Below are positions 1-9,608 of a stretch of 64,000 nucleotides of DNA, piece after piece. A program made the position numbers and the translations under genes. Origin of the DNA: Candidatus Actinomarina sp. (GTDB lineage: Bacteria; Actinomycetota; Acidimicrobiia; Actinomarinales; Actinomarinaceae); assembly GCA_038147085.1 (NCBI GenBank), contig JAYQSV010000001.1:874578-938577 (forward strand). The letters are read 5' to 3'. The stretch's first letter is position 1, and every line of letters starts with the position of its first letter. The notes under the pieces are model-generated. The model was not told the DNA's origin. It saw only the letters and a list, made by a program, of their open reading frames with translations, and did no database searches.

Positions 1-467
1 GCCTTTTCTCTTTCAACCGCTTGTTTCTGAGTTTCTACTTCATCAGCAAAATCTTCGGCCTCTATAGAAATTTGAGTTCTTTTTTCTTCTTCGTTTTGTA
101 AATTAGAGACTATTTCAGCTCTTTCTTCTTCTCTTTCAGTTAAAAAAATAGTTTGTGTAGATGCTAAATTTTGTAATGCATTCAATTGCTCTACAATTTC
201 ATATGCAGAATCAACAACTGTAGCAGCGTAACCTAGTGCCACTAAAAAACTTGAGAGAGAATCCAAATTAATAAATAAGGCAGTTGTTGGGCTCATAACT
301 CCATTCATATACAGACTCACTGCTTGCTCTTGAAGTTTTTCATCCGCAACTACAAGCTCTTTTTGTGTTTCGAATAATTCATCAGAAACATTTGTAATTT
401 CATTTTTTATTTTTCCAAGTTTGATTTGTTCCTCAACAATTATCTTGTTGAACTGCAGCCAGGTTAT
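1..467 (-). CDS. FtsEX-associated coiled-coil cell-wall hydrolase/activator arm (PcsB/RipC/EnvC-like), distal part in the +1 frame; partial, continues past window start
   Basis: My own translation of the minus strand, in the +1 frame relative to ORF 433..768, is open from 467 to position 1. It reads IIVEEQIKLGKIKNEITNVSDELFETQKELVVADEKLQEQAVSLYMNGVMSPTTALFINLDSLSSFLVALGYAATVVDSAYEIVEQLNALQNLAST... The coiled-coil character is continuous and the gene lies directly after ftsEX. It is missing from the ORF track because no stop lies inside the window. Confidence 0.45.
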   Translation of the reverse strand, partial: MTWLQFNKIIVEEQIKLGKIKNEITNVSDELFETQKELVVADEKLQEQAVSLYMNGVMSPTTALFINLDSLSSFLVALGYAATVVDSAYEIVEQLNALQNLASTQTIFLTEREEERAEIVSNLQNEEEKRTQISIEAEDFADEVETQKQAVEREK

Positions 468-768
468 TTAAAGAGTCATCATAATTTGATAAAGCATCTT
501 CTAAAGCCTTCTCTGCAGCATTTAGTCTACTTTGTACTTCTGCAAGTTCTTTATTAACCTGATTTAAATCTTTATCATTTTGAATTATTGCTTTTTCTAA
601 ATCAGTTTTTTCACCTTCATATTTACTAATCTGTTCTGCGATTGCTTGAAGTTGACGTTCAACTTCGATTAACCTCTCCTCAGCTGTAATTGCAGTTACT
701 TTGCTTGGAAATACTGTCAAGATTAAAATTGATAAAGCGAGTGTAGAAACTAATATTTTTTTAATCAT
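433..768 (-). CDS. Secreted coiled-coil protein; probable N-terminal fragment of the FtsEX-associated hydrolase gene (frame broken near 436-467)
   Basis: Signal peptide MIKKILVSTLALSILILTVFPSKVTA, followed by heptad-rich coiled coil. The start overlaps the ftsX stop. The frame ends at TGA 435..433 while the +1 frame stays open. Confidence 0.5.
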   Translation of the reverse strand: MIKKILVSTLALSILILTVFPSKVTAITAEERLIEVERQLQAIAEQISKYEGEKTDLEKAIIQNDKDLNQVNKELAEVQSRLNAAEKALEDALSNYDDSLNNLAAVQQDNC

Positions 769-1636
769 TGATAACTTTTCTAATACCTACAAAAGAAGCA
801 ATCAGTCCAAAGATTAATGACGAAAGTAGTAATGAAAGTGTTAAATAAATAAGATAATTATCAGATATGGTGATATCAAAAATACTATCTGATACTACTG
901 AACTTTTTGAATACTCAATAACTGCCCACCCCAAACCAACTGCAATACTAGTGCCAATTAGAGATTCAAAAACTGCCTCAAATATAAAAGGTAACCTAAT
1001 GTAGGTTGCTGAAGCTCCAACAAGTCTCATTATTTTTATTTCTTTTTTCTTTGAGTATGCTGCAAGCCTTAAAGTATTCACAATGAGAATAAATGCTGCA
1101 AAACCTATTAGGAATGCAAATGAAGTTGCTGATACTACTAATGTATTGGTAAGATTCAACAGTCTTTCTATAGCCTCTCCTGAAGTTCTAATTTCTTTAA
1201 CGGCTGGGTTTCCTTCCATTCTTTCTAAAATTAGCTGATAATCGGAAGGGTTATTTAAGTTCACTCTTAATGATGAAGGTAAAGTCGAATAATCTACTTC
1301 GGACAAAAGCTCTGGTTGATCCTTAAACAAAGTTTTAAATTCTTCCTCAGCTTCTGCTTTAGTAAAATATTCAACAGTTCGGACTTCAGGATATGATTCA
1401 AGTGACTCTTGAAGTTGTTTATGAGCAGTGGTTGTTACTCTATCGTCTAAAAATACAACTACATGAACACCATTTTGCCAACGAATTGTATTATTTTCAA
1501 CAATAGACCTTGCTGACAAAGTTGTAAAAACTAAAAAGCTAGAGACAAGAACAGCAATGATAGTGGCAAAAACAATGAGTGGTGAACGTCTCATATTGAG
1601 AATTGCATTTTTTGCTACATAAGATAATTTGTTCAT
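761..1636 (-). CDS. ftsX: Cell division ABC transporter permease FtsX
   Basis: TM1, a large extracytoplasmic loop, then three C-terminal TM segments. It lies immediately after ftsE (2-nt gap), which is the FtsX family layout. Confidence 0.85.
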   Translation of the reverse strand: MNKLSYVAKNAILNMRRSPLIVFATIIAVLVSSFLVFTTLSARSIVENNTIRWQNGVHVVVFLDDRVTTTAHKQLQESLESYPEVRTVEYFTKAEAEEEFKTLFKDQPELLSEVDYSTLPSSLRVNLNNPSDYQLILERMEGNPAVKEIRTSGEAIERLLNLTNTLVVSATSFAFLIGFAAFILIVNTLRLAAYSKKKEIKIMRLVGASATYIRLPFIFEAVFESLIGTSIAVGLGWAVIEYSKSSVVSDSIFDITISDNYLIYLTLSLLLSSLIFGLIASFVGIRKVIND

Positions 1637-1638
1637 AA

Positions 1639-2322
1639 TTAACTCGTTATATAACTTCCTTCTTGTTCATCCCTAATTAACTTACCTTTAGACAGTTCTA
1701 AAACTCTCTTTTTTCTTCTATTAACTATTGACGAATCATGGGTTGCCATTACAACAGTTGTGCCCGCACGATTAATTTTTTCTAATAGTGAAACAATTTG
1801 GATACTTAAATCAGGATCTAAATTTCCAGTTGGCTCGTCGCAAAGTAAAATCATAGGATTATTTGCTAATGCCCTTGCAATGCTTACTCTAGTTTGTTCT
1901 CCACCAGAAAGTTGATTCGGATATTTATATGCATTCTCGACTATATCGACCAACTCAAGCAATGTATTGGTTTTATCATCAATTTCTTGATTATCAACAC
2001 CCATTACCTCTAGTGCAAATGCTATGTTTTCAAATGCTGTTCTATTTTCTAATAATTGAGGTTCTTGAGTAACTATTCCTAGTTTTCTACGTAGTAATGG
2101 AGTTTTCCACTTAGGTAATTCATTTACATCTAAACCTGCTACTTCTATATCACCTTTTGTAGCTTCATACTCTTTATAAAGAATTTTTAATAGTGAAGAC
2201 TTACCACTACCTGAATGTCCAACTAAATATACAAATTCTGCTTCACTGATTTTGGTCGTGATATTAGATAAGGCAACACTGCCTCCTTGAAATACAAGTG
2301 ATACATTATCTAATTTAATCAT
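1639..2322 (-). CDS. ftsE: Cell division ATP-binding protein FtsE
   Basis: Walker A GHSGSGKS, ABC signature LSGGEQ, Walker B ILLCDEPTGNLD. The gene overlaps the prfB stop. Confidence 0.9.
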   Translation of the reverse strand: MIKLDNVSLVFQGGSVALSNITTKISEAEFVYLVGHSGSGKSSLLKILYKEYEATKGDIEVAGLDVNELPKWKTPLLRRKLGIVTQEPQLLENRTAFENIAFALEVMGVDNQEIDDKTNTLLELVDIVENAYKYPNQLSGGEQTRVSIARALANNPMILLCDEPTGNLDPDLSIQIVSLLEKINRAGTTVVMATHDSSIVNRRKKRVLELSKGKLIRDEQEGSYITS

Positions 2323-3419
2323 TTAATCCCTGTCTACGCCATTTTAGATACTCTTTAATAAATATGTTAATTTCTCCATCAAGAACATTCTGTACATTAC
2401 CAATTTCAACGCTTGTTCTGGCATCTTTAACTTGTTGATAAGGTTGTAGTACATAAGACCTTATTTGTCTACCCCATCCAGCTTCATGTTGATCACCTCT
2501 TATATCATTTAGCTTTTTTAATTCATCATCTCGTTTTCTTAGCAAAAGTTTAGTTTTTAAAAGCTCCATTGCTCTTAATTTATTTTGCAACTGTGATCTT
2601 TCAGCTTGACATGCAACAACAATACCCGTTGGTAAATGAGTCAGTCGAACCGCAGAATCAGTTGTATTTACATGCTGCCCACCTGCACCTGAAGATCTAT
2701 AAACATCAACTCTAAGTTCATCTTCTAAAATTTCAATTTCTTCAGTTTGATCTAATAGTGGAACAACATCTACTCCTGCAAAACTAGTATGTCTTCTTTT
2801 ATTGCTATCAAAAGGGCTAATTCTAACTAGCCTATGAACTCCTCTTTCACTTTCAAAATTCGCATAAGCTCTGTATCCTTCAACTCTTATTGAAGCTGAC
2901 TTTATTCCTGCTTCTTCACCTTGTGAGATTTCTTCAATTTCAAATTTATAATCACTTGATTGCAGATATCTTGTGTACATTCTAAGTAGCATCTCAGCCC
3001 AATCATGTGCATCTACACCTCCTGCTCCGGCATTTATTGTGAGTACCGCATTATGAATATCAAACTCTCCAATATATAATGATTCATCTTCTAAATCTTC
3101 TAATCTTTTTTCTAATACTTTTAACTCAACATTAAAGTCAGATAATTCAGAACTGTTCTCACTTGAAATTTCCAAAAGTTCTAAATAATCTTGTAAATCT
3201 GTCTCTAAGCTTTCTAATGAATCAATAGTTTTTTCTAATTCAGAAGCTTGTATAGAAATTTTCTGAGCACGATTTGTATTGTCCCAAAATTTAGAACTAT
3301 TTATTTCTATTTTAAGAATTTGTAGTTGGTTTACTTTATTTTCAAAGTCAAAGATACTCCTTGGCAGAAATTAATCTGCTTATTAGAGCTTTGACTGTTT
3401 CAACTAAATCTTTATACAT
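2315..3419 (-). CDS. prfB: Peptide chain release factor 2, expressed through a programmed +1 frameshift (frame 0: 3419..3351; +1 frame: 3349..2315)
   Basis: RF2-specific SPF (VRISPFD) and GGQ (GAGGQHVNTTDSAVR) motifs. ATG 3419 opens 23 codons (MYKDLVETVKALISRLISAKEYL) that end at an in-frame TGA. The remainder continues in the +1 frame (DFENKVNQLQILK...). The conceptual product is 367 aa. Confidence 0.95.
3347..3362 (-). promoter_or_regulatory. prfB programmed +1 ribosomal frameshift site
   Basis: The minus strand reads AAGGAG TAT CTT TGA C. This is an SD-like element, the spacer codon UAU, slippery CUU, and UGA followed by C. Confidence 0.9.
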
Positions 3420-3422
3420 TCT

Positions 3423-5999
3423 TTAACCGTGGCATTTCTTGTACTTTTGACCTGATCCACATGGACAAGGATCGTTTCTACCTATTTTAGTTTTATCATT
3501 TTTGATTGTTTCAATTTTTACTTTTTCATTATTGGTTGAGTTTTCAACAAAAACATTTTTATCAAAGTTCAAAAGCAATCTAATAACTGAATATTTAACA
3601 TTTGTTATTAGATCTTCAAATAAAACATAGCCTTCATTTTGATATTCAACAAGTGGGTCCCTTTGTCCCATAGCTCTTAAACCAATACCAGACCTTAAGT
3701 AGTCCATTTCTGCCAAGTGATCTTTCCAAGCTTGATCAATAAATGAAAGCGCTGAGCCTCTTGCAAGTCTCCAAAAATTTTCTGAATCTTGTTCTTTATT
3801 TGATTCAAAGAGCTCAAAAAGTAGGCTCTCGCTATTCAAACTATCGTTAATTGATACATCACTAAGCATTTTCTTTCTAACCGGTTCACTTAAAATTTCA
3901 TTCAATTCCATATCAACATTCGCTGCAAACTCTTCTAATGACTCATAATTTTTTTTATGTTGAGAAATATTACTTTCTATAATCTCAGTTACATCTTCTA
4001 ACCAATCTGTAATTAGCTTTTCTATTGAATCAGATTTTAAGAGTTGCCTTCTCCATTTATAAATAACTTCTCTTTGTTGATTTAATACTTGATCAAATTT
4101 CAAAACATTTTTTCTAATTTCAAAATTTAAAGACTCGACTTGAGCTTGTGCACGTTCAATACTTTTTGTAACCATGGACTGCTCAATTCTTTCTTCATCA
4201 GGTAAATTTAATCTATTCATAATAGATTCAATTCTTTCCCCTTGAAACCTTCTCATTAAGTCATCTTGTAGTGATATATAAAACCTAGATTCACCTGGAT
4301 CCCCTTGTCTACCTGATCGACCTCGAAGCTGGTTATCAATTCTTCTAGACTCGTGTCTTTCTGTTCCAAGAACATACAAACCTCCTAGCTCAAGTACTCT
4401 CTTCTTTTCTTCATTAACCTGAGGGTGAATTTGATTTAATTTGTTCATATAAAAACTCTCGTCATCAAGCTTGTTCTCAATTACTTGAGCTTGATATGCC
4501 ATTTCTTCAGCATTACCGCCTAACTTGATATCGACTCCACGACCAGCCATATTTGTAGCTACCGTTACGGCCCCAATCCTTCCAGCTTGAGCAATTATTG
4601 CTGCTTCTTGTTCATGTTTTTTTGCATTCAATACACTATGCTTAATCCCTTTTGAGGTTAATTTTTTAGAAATCTCTTCAGATGCTTCAACTGAAACAGT
4701 ACCTAAAAGAACTGGTTGACCATTTTCATGTCTTTGTTTTATATCTTCTACTACGGCATTCAACTTTGCTTCTTTTGTTTTATAAACAGCATCTTGCTGA
4801 TCAATCCTTTGAATAGGTACATTTGTTGGAATTTCTATAGGTTCGAGATTATAAATCTGAATTAATTCTTCTTCTTCTGTTTTTGCGGTACCAGTCATTC
4901 CAGAGAGGTTTTCATACATTCTAAAATAATTTTGATAAGTTATAGAAGCTAAGGTTTGGTTCTCATCTTGAATTCGAACATTTTCTTTTGCTTCAAGTGC
5001 TTGATGTAATCCATCTGAATATCTTCTTCCGTCTAAAACGCGACCAGTAAATTCATCGACTATTTTTACTTGTCCATCTGAAATAATATAATCGACATCT
5101 TTTTGAAACAAAGATTTAGCTCTCAATGAAGCTGTTAAGTAGTGGATAAAATTTGTTTGAGTATTTTCATATAAATTATTAATACCTAATCTCGATTCGA
5201 CATATTCAACTCCTACTTCAGTAGGATGCACTTGTTTTTTTGCTTCATCAACTTCATAATGAATGTCTCTTTGCATACTTTTTACTATTTTTGAAAACTC
5301 TGAATACCATTTTGTTGAGTCTCCAACTTTTCCAGAAATTATTAAAGGGGTTCTCGCTTCATCAACCAAAATTGAATCAACTTCATCAATAACGCCATAA
5401 AATAACTCTCCTTGAACTAATTGTTCTTTTGAAACAGCCATATTATCTCTTAGGTAATCAAAACCAAACTCATTATTAGTTCCATAGGTAATATCTTTCT
5501 TGTATGCTTGTCTTTTTTCTTCATAATCTTGATTTGAATAAATTAGTCCAACTTCTAATCCCAAAAAATTGTAAATAGGTGCCATCCACTCAGCATCTCT
5601 TTTTGCTAAGTATTCATTTACTGTAACAACGTGAACACCTTTTTTATTTAATGCCATTAATGATATTGGTAATGTTGATACTAGTGTTTTACCTTCACCT
5701 GTTTTCATTTCAGCTATTTTGTTTCTTAAGAGAACTAAACCTCCAAACAACTGAACATCATAATGTCTTTGGCCTAAAGTCCTTTTTGCTGCCTCTCTTA
5801 CATAGGCAAAAGCTTCAACTTCTATATTTCTTGGATTGCCATCAATTTTGTCTTTTAGTGACTGAAAATTTTCTTTAATTTCAATGTCACTTAAATTAGA
5901 AATTTCTTCTTCTTTTTGATTTATAGCTTCAACAATTTTATTAAGTTCGCTTAAGAACTTACCACTTCCAGCTGATAGTACTTTTTTAAATAAATTCAA
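3423..5999 (-). CDS. secA: Preprotein translocase ATPase SecA
   Basis: Motor motifs MKTGEGKTL and DEVDSILVDEARTPLIISG, plus the C-terminal zinc finger CPCGSGQKYKKCHG. The TTG at 5999 gives MNLFKKVLSAGSGKF..., which aligns with the SecA N-terminus. The ORF track extends to the TTG at 6023. Confidence 0.95.
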   Translation of the reverse strand: MNLFKKVLSAGSGKFLSELNKIVEAINQKEEEISNLSDIEIKENFQSLKDKIDGNPRNIEVEAFAYVREAAKRTLGQRHYDVQLFGGLVLLRNKIAEMKTGEGKTLVSTLPISLMALNKKGVHVVTVNEYLAKRDAEWMAPIYNFLGLEVGLIYSNQDYEEKRQAYKKDITYGTNNEFGFDYLRDNMAVSKEQLVQGELFYGVIDEVDSILVDEARTPLIISGKVGDSTKWYSEFSKIVKSMQRDIHYEVDEAKKQVHPTEVGVEYVESRLGINNLYENTQTNFIHYLTASLRAKSLFQKDVDYIISDGQVKIVDEFTGRVLDGRRYSDGLHQALEAKENVRIQDENQTLASITYQNYFRMYENLSGMTGTAKTEEEELIQIYNLEPIEIPTNVPIQRIDQQDAVYKTKEAKLNAVVEDIKQRHENGQPVLLGTVSVEASEEISKKLTSKGIKHSVLNAKKHEQEAAIIAQAGRIGAVTVATNMAGRGVDIKLGGNAEEMAYQAQVIENKLDDESFYMNKLNQIHPQVNEEKKRVLELGGLYVLGTERHESRRIDNQLRGRSGRQGDPGESRFYISLQDDLMRRFQGERIESIMNRLNLPDEERIEQSMVTKSIERAQAQVESLNFEIRKNVLKFDQVLNQQREVIYKWRRQLLKSDSIEKLITDWLEDVTEIIESNISQHKKNYESLEEFAANVDMELNEILSEPVRKKMLSDVSINDSLNSESLLFELFESNKEQDSENFWRLARGSALSFIDQAWKDHLAEMDYLRSGIGLRAMGQRDPLVEYQNEGYVLFEDLITNVKYSVIRLLLNFDKNVFVENSTNNEKVKIETIKNDKTKIGRNDPCPCGSGQKYKKCHG

Positions 6000-6001
6000 A
6001 T

Positions 6002-7246
6002 TTAGCTTGTACCAAACTCCCAAGAGTCAAGATAAGTAACTTGATCACTTGTCAATACCTCTAGTTCTCCGCCCATTAGTTTTAGTTTTGTTGCTGCAAT
6101 TTTTTGATCTACAGATTTTGGTAATGTATAAACTTTATTTTCCAGCTTGCCATTATTATCTTTAATCCATTCAGATGCAAGAGCTTGATTAGCAAAAGAC
6201 ATATCCATAACAGATGCTGGGTGTCCAGTAGCTACTGTTAAATTTACTAACCTACCTTCTCCCAAAACTAAAATTTCTTTATCACCATATTGATAACTAT
6301 CAACGTGTTCCCTTATTCGATTTACTTCTTTTGAATTTTTTTTCAACTCAACTAAGTTAATTTCAACATCGAAATGTCCAGCATTTGATAAAACAACACC
6401 ATCTTTCATGACATCAAAATGTGCTTTATCTAAGACATGTCTGTTTCCAGTAACAGTAACGACTACATCAGCAATTTTTGCTGCACTTAAACTATTCTTA
6501 ACTTCATAACCGTGCATTAATGCTTCTAGAGCTCTTACACTATCTGGCTCTACTACAGTTACTTTTGCACCCATTCCATAAGCACGTTCAGCAACCCCTT
6601 TTCCACAATCACCAAATCCAAAAACTACTACATTTAAACCAGCAATTAATAAATCAGTTGCTCTTACAACTCCATCCATGGAACTTTGACCTGTACCAAA
6701 TCGATTATCAAATAAATGTTTTGTATCAGAGTCGTTAACAGCTACAACTGGAAAACGCAGTTTATTATTTTTTTCCATTGATTTCAGTCGAATTACACCT
6801 GTTGTTGTTTCTTCCATTGATCCAAGAATTGAAATATCTGTACGTTCTGTATGTAAAAGCGTTACCAAATCTGCACCATCATCCATAGTTATATCAGGAT
6901 TCGTATCCAGAACCCTATTCAAATGTTGAAAGAAATCATCATTAGAAACACCTCTAATTGCATGAACTTCAATATCCTGTTCAGCTAAATAAGCCGCAAC
7001 AGCATCATTCGTTGATAATGGATTAGATGCACAGAGTGCAACATTTGCTCCAGCAGCTTTTAAGGTAAGCATTAGATTCGCTGTCTCTTTAGTTACATGC
7101 ATGCAAGCACCGATGTTTAGACCATCTAGTGGTTTAGATTTAGAAAACTCTTCTCTAATTTCATTTAATACTTGCATTTGTCTATGTGCCCAACTGACTT
7201 CCTCATGTCCAAGCTTTGCTAATTTTGAATCTTTAATAGATGACAT
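6002..7246 (-). CDS. ahcY: Adenosylhomocysteinase
   Basis: Family-typical HLFDNRFGTGQS and the NAD-binding GFGDCGKG. It is 414 aa, the short form without the insertion segment. Confidence 0.93.
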   Translation of the reverse strand: MSSIKDSKLAKLGHEEVSWAHRQMQVLNEIREEFSKSKPLDGLNIGACMHVTKETANLMLTLKAAGANVALCASNPLSTNDAVAAYLAEQDIEVHAIRGVSNDDFFQHLNRVLDTNPDITMDDGADLVTLLHTERTDISILGSMEETTTGVIRLKSMEKNNKLRFPVVAVNDSDTKHLFDNRFGTGQSSMDGVVRATDLLIAGLNVVVFGFGDCGKGVAERAYGMGAKVTVVEPDSVRALEALMHGYEVKNSLSAAKIADVVVTVTGNRHVLDKAHFDVMKDGVVLSNAGHFDVEINLVELKKNSKEVNRIREHVDSYQYGDKEILVLGEGRLVNLTVATGHPASVMDMSFANQALASEWIKDNNGKLENKVYTLPKSVDQKIAATKLKLMGGELEVLTSDQVTYLDSWEFGTS

Positions 7247-8245
7247 TTAATTTCCTTTCAGCATTTGTTTTAACTTTTCAATTTTTTTTATATTGTAAGG
7301 ATCTATTCCAAGTAGCTCTGCTTGATAGACACTTACCAAATCACCTAATAAGGTTAGATAAAATATTTCTTTAATTGGATTTTTAGAGGATATATTTTCA
7401 ATTTCTACAATTTCTACTTCATCACCTAAAATTGTTTTAGTTAAGTCATATCGCTTTTTAATTTGTAGGTGATCTTTTAAATCTTTCAAAAATATTATGA
7501 TAAAACTATTCTTTGAACCTTCAGTATCCGCTTCCCAAGATAAAATCTCATTGTGATGAACTTCAGGCATATAACCTGTAAAAGCTTTTGATTTAGCATT
7601 TTCGTTGATTTGTGTTTTCCATCTTTGTGCAACAAGAAATGTAACCGATGTGGCAGCATAAATTATTGCAGTTTTCTTATTTATTGAGTTAGCTAAGTTT
7701 TTTGAAAGAATTGCTATATCGCTATTTTCTTTTTCCTTTGTTATTTCGTTTAAATAATCACCAGCTTCATTGCACAATGAGATAGCATCAATTTGAATAT
7801 CACTAGAAATAAAATGTACAACTGCTTTAGTCATTAACCCAAATGCTGCTCTTGGTTGAAGACCACTTGGTACAACAACAAAAGATTTATTGTGTTCCTT
7901 TGCTAAATCTAAAAGTTTTCCGCCACTTGCAATTGCACCCCAATTTAAATTTAATTTAATTGCTTCTTCAACTGCACTAATAGTTTCCTCTGTGTTTCCA
8001 GAATATGAAATAAATAGTAAAAATAAATTACTTGGATTATGTATTTCAGGAAGTTCGTATGTTTTTCTAACTTCAACTTTTTTATTTGAATTTTCAACAA
8101 TTAAGTTTTTAAGCACGTCACCTGCTACCCCAGAACCACCCATACCAACAACTAATAATTCATTGTAAATTGGAAAGTTAAAATCTGAAGAAAGTTCTAA
8201 CTCAGTCTTAAGTTGATTTCCTAGGTTAAATACGTGATCTTTCAT
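7247..8245 (-). CDS. SIS-domain bifunctional phosphoglucose/phosphomannose isomerase family protein
   Basis: Motifs VVGMGGSGVAGD and SYSGNTEET, plus the PRAAFG loop. It sits between manB and ahcY, as in other actinobacteria. Confidence 0.7.
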   Translation of the reverse strand: MKDHVFNLGNQLKTELELSSDFNFPIYNELLVVGMGGSGVAGDVLKNLIVENSNKKVEVRKTYELPEIHNPSNLFLLFISYSGNTEETISAVEEAIKLNLNWGAIASGGKLLDLAKEHNKSFVVVPSGLQPRAAFGLMTKAVVHFISSDIQIDAISLCNEAGDYLNEITKEKENSDIAILSKNLANSINKKTAIIYAATSVTFLVAQRWKTQINENAKSKAFTGYMPEVHHNEILSWEADTEGSKNSFIIIFLKDLKDHLQIKKRYDLTKTILGDEVEIVEIENISSKNPIKEIFYLTLLGDLVSVYQAELLGIDPYNIKKIEKLKQMLKGN

Positions 8246-8252
8246 AATTACA

Positions 8253-9587
8253 CTATATTGTTTCTATAATTTTTTTAGTTAGTTCGTCTAATATTTTATT
8301 AGATTGAGCTTCAATATTTATCCTTAGTTTTGGTTCTGTATTAGAACCTCTTACGTTAAACCAATATTCTTCAGTTTTATAAGATAAACCATCTAAATCA
8401 TCGAATTCATTGCCAAACTCTATTTTAATTTTTTCTAGTGAAGCATTAACACTTTCAACTTTAAAATTTACTTCTCCCGATGATGGAGGGAAATCATATT
8501 TATCAATAAATTCACTAACTTTTAAATTTTTTTCTGAAAGTATTTTCATAAAAGTTAATAATGTCAAAATTGCAGAATCAGCATAAAAATTTTCTTTATA
8601 GTAAAAATGTGCACTATGCTCCCCTCCAAAATCTGCATCTACATCTCTCATTAAAGCTTTGATATTTGAATGACCGACTTTACATTCAAATAACTTGATA
8701 TTTTTTTCTGTTAGGTACCTCAATGCATGTGGAGAAACATTGACATTGTGTACAACTTTCAAATCTTCTTTTACTTCTGAAAGATTCTCTGCAATCAACG
8801 CAGTCATCATACTTCCAGTAATTAATCTTCCGAGATCATCTATAAAAACTGCTCGGTCAGCATCACCATCGAACGCAACTCCAAAATCTAATTTTTTAGA
8901 TAGAACAAGGTTCTTTAAGTCCTCTAAATTCTTTTCATCGGATGGATCAGCTGGATGATTAGGGAAATTACCATCAACGTCAAGATACAAACTTTCATAT
9001 TGAAATGAATACAAATTTGATAAAGTATCAAACACTGACCCTATAGCACCATTTCCACCATCAACACCAAAATTAAGGTCGGTTGAAATTGAATTTACAT
9101 TAACTAAATTTTGCAAGTGCTCAAAGTACAAACTTAAAACATCAGATTTTTTAATATCTATATTTAAAATTTCAAGATTTTCAATTTCGAGAGTTCTGTT
9201 TTTAATGATATTTAATCCTGAGTTTTCACCAATTGGTTCAGCTCCTGATTTACAAAATTTTAAACCGCTATATTCTTTAGGATTGTGTGAAGCTGTAATG
9301 ATAACCCCTGGCTTTTTTAATAATCCTGAAAGTGAATAAACAACATCTGTCGGCACCAAACCAATGTAGATGTATTTTTTGTTGTTTGCGATGATACCGC
9401 TAACAACAGCATTTAGCATCTCCATATTTGATAATCGACCATCATGTCCAATCAGAATTTCGTCATCTTTTACAAATTCTGAAAAAGCAAAGCCAATTTT
9501 AGAAGCTATATCATTAGTTAATTCATCACCATAAACTCCTCGAACGTCGTAGGATTTAAATATCGAATCTAGTTTATTTTTTAACAT
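8253..9587 (-). CDS. manB: Phosphomannomutase/phosphoglucomutase
   Basis: Alpha-D-phosphohexomutase motifs: catalytic-serine loop TASHNP, Mg loop FDGDADR, and sugar loop GGEHSAH. Confidence 0.85.
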   Translation of the reverse strand: MLKNKLDSIFKSYDVRGVYGDELTNDIASKIGFAFSEFVKDDEILIGHDGRLSNMEMLNAVVSGIIANNKKYIYIGLVPTDVVYSLSGLLKKPGVIITASHNPKEYSGLKFCKSGAEPIGENSGLNIIKNRTLEIENLEILNIDIKKSDVLSLYFEHLQNLVNVNSISTDLNFGVDGGNGAIGSVFDTLSNLYSFQYESLYLDVDGNFPNHPADPSDEKNLEDLKNLVLSKKLDFGVAFDGDADRAVFIDDLGRLITGSMMTALIAENLSEVKEDLKVVHNVNVSPHALRYLTEKNIKLFECKVGHSNIKALMRDVDADFGGEHSAHFYYKENFYADSAILTLLTFMKILSEKNLKVSEFIDKYDFPPSSGEVNFKVESVNASLEKIKIEFGNEFDDLDGLSYKTEEYWFNVRGSNTEPKLRINIEAQSNKILDELTKKIIETI

Positions 9588-9608
9588 TATTCAATTATTG
9601 TACTCTTG

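Noticed and set aside
433-470. The idea that the coiled-coil gene break is an RF2-sensing programmed +1 frameshift. Its 0-frame ends in UGA, the +1 frame is open across the stop, and it is in the same operon as prfB.
   Set aside because: There is no slippery P-site codon (UGU-UGA-G cannot re-pair at +1) and no upstream SD-like stimulator. The true break could be anywhere in a 32-nt window. Two other non-stop-associated +1 breaks in the window make indel error or decay more parsimonious.
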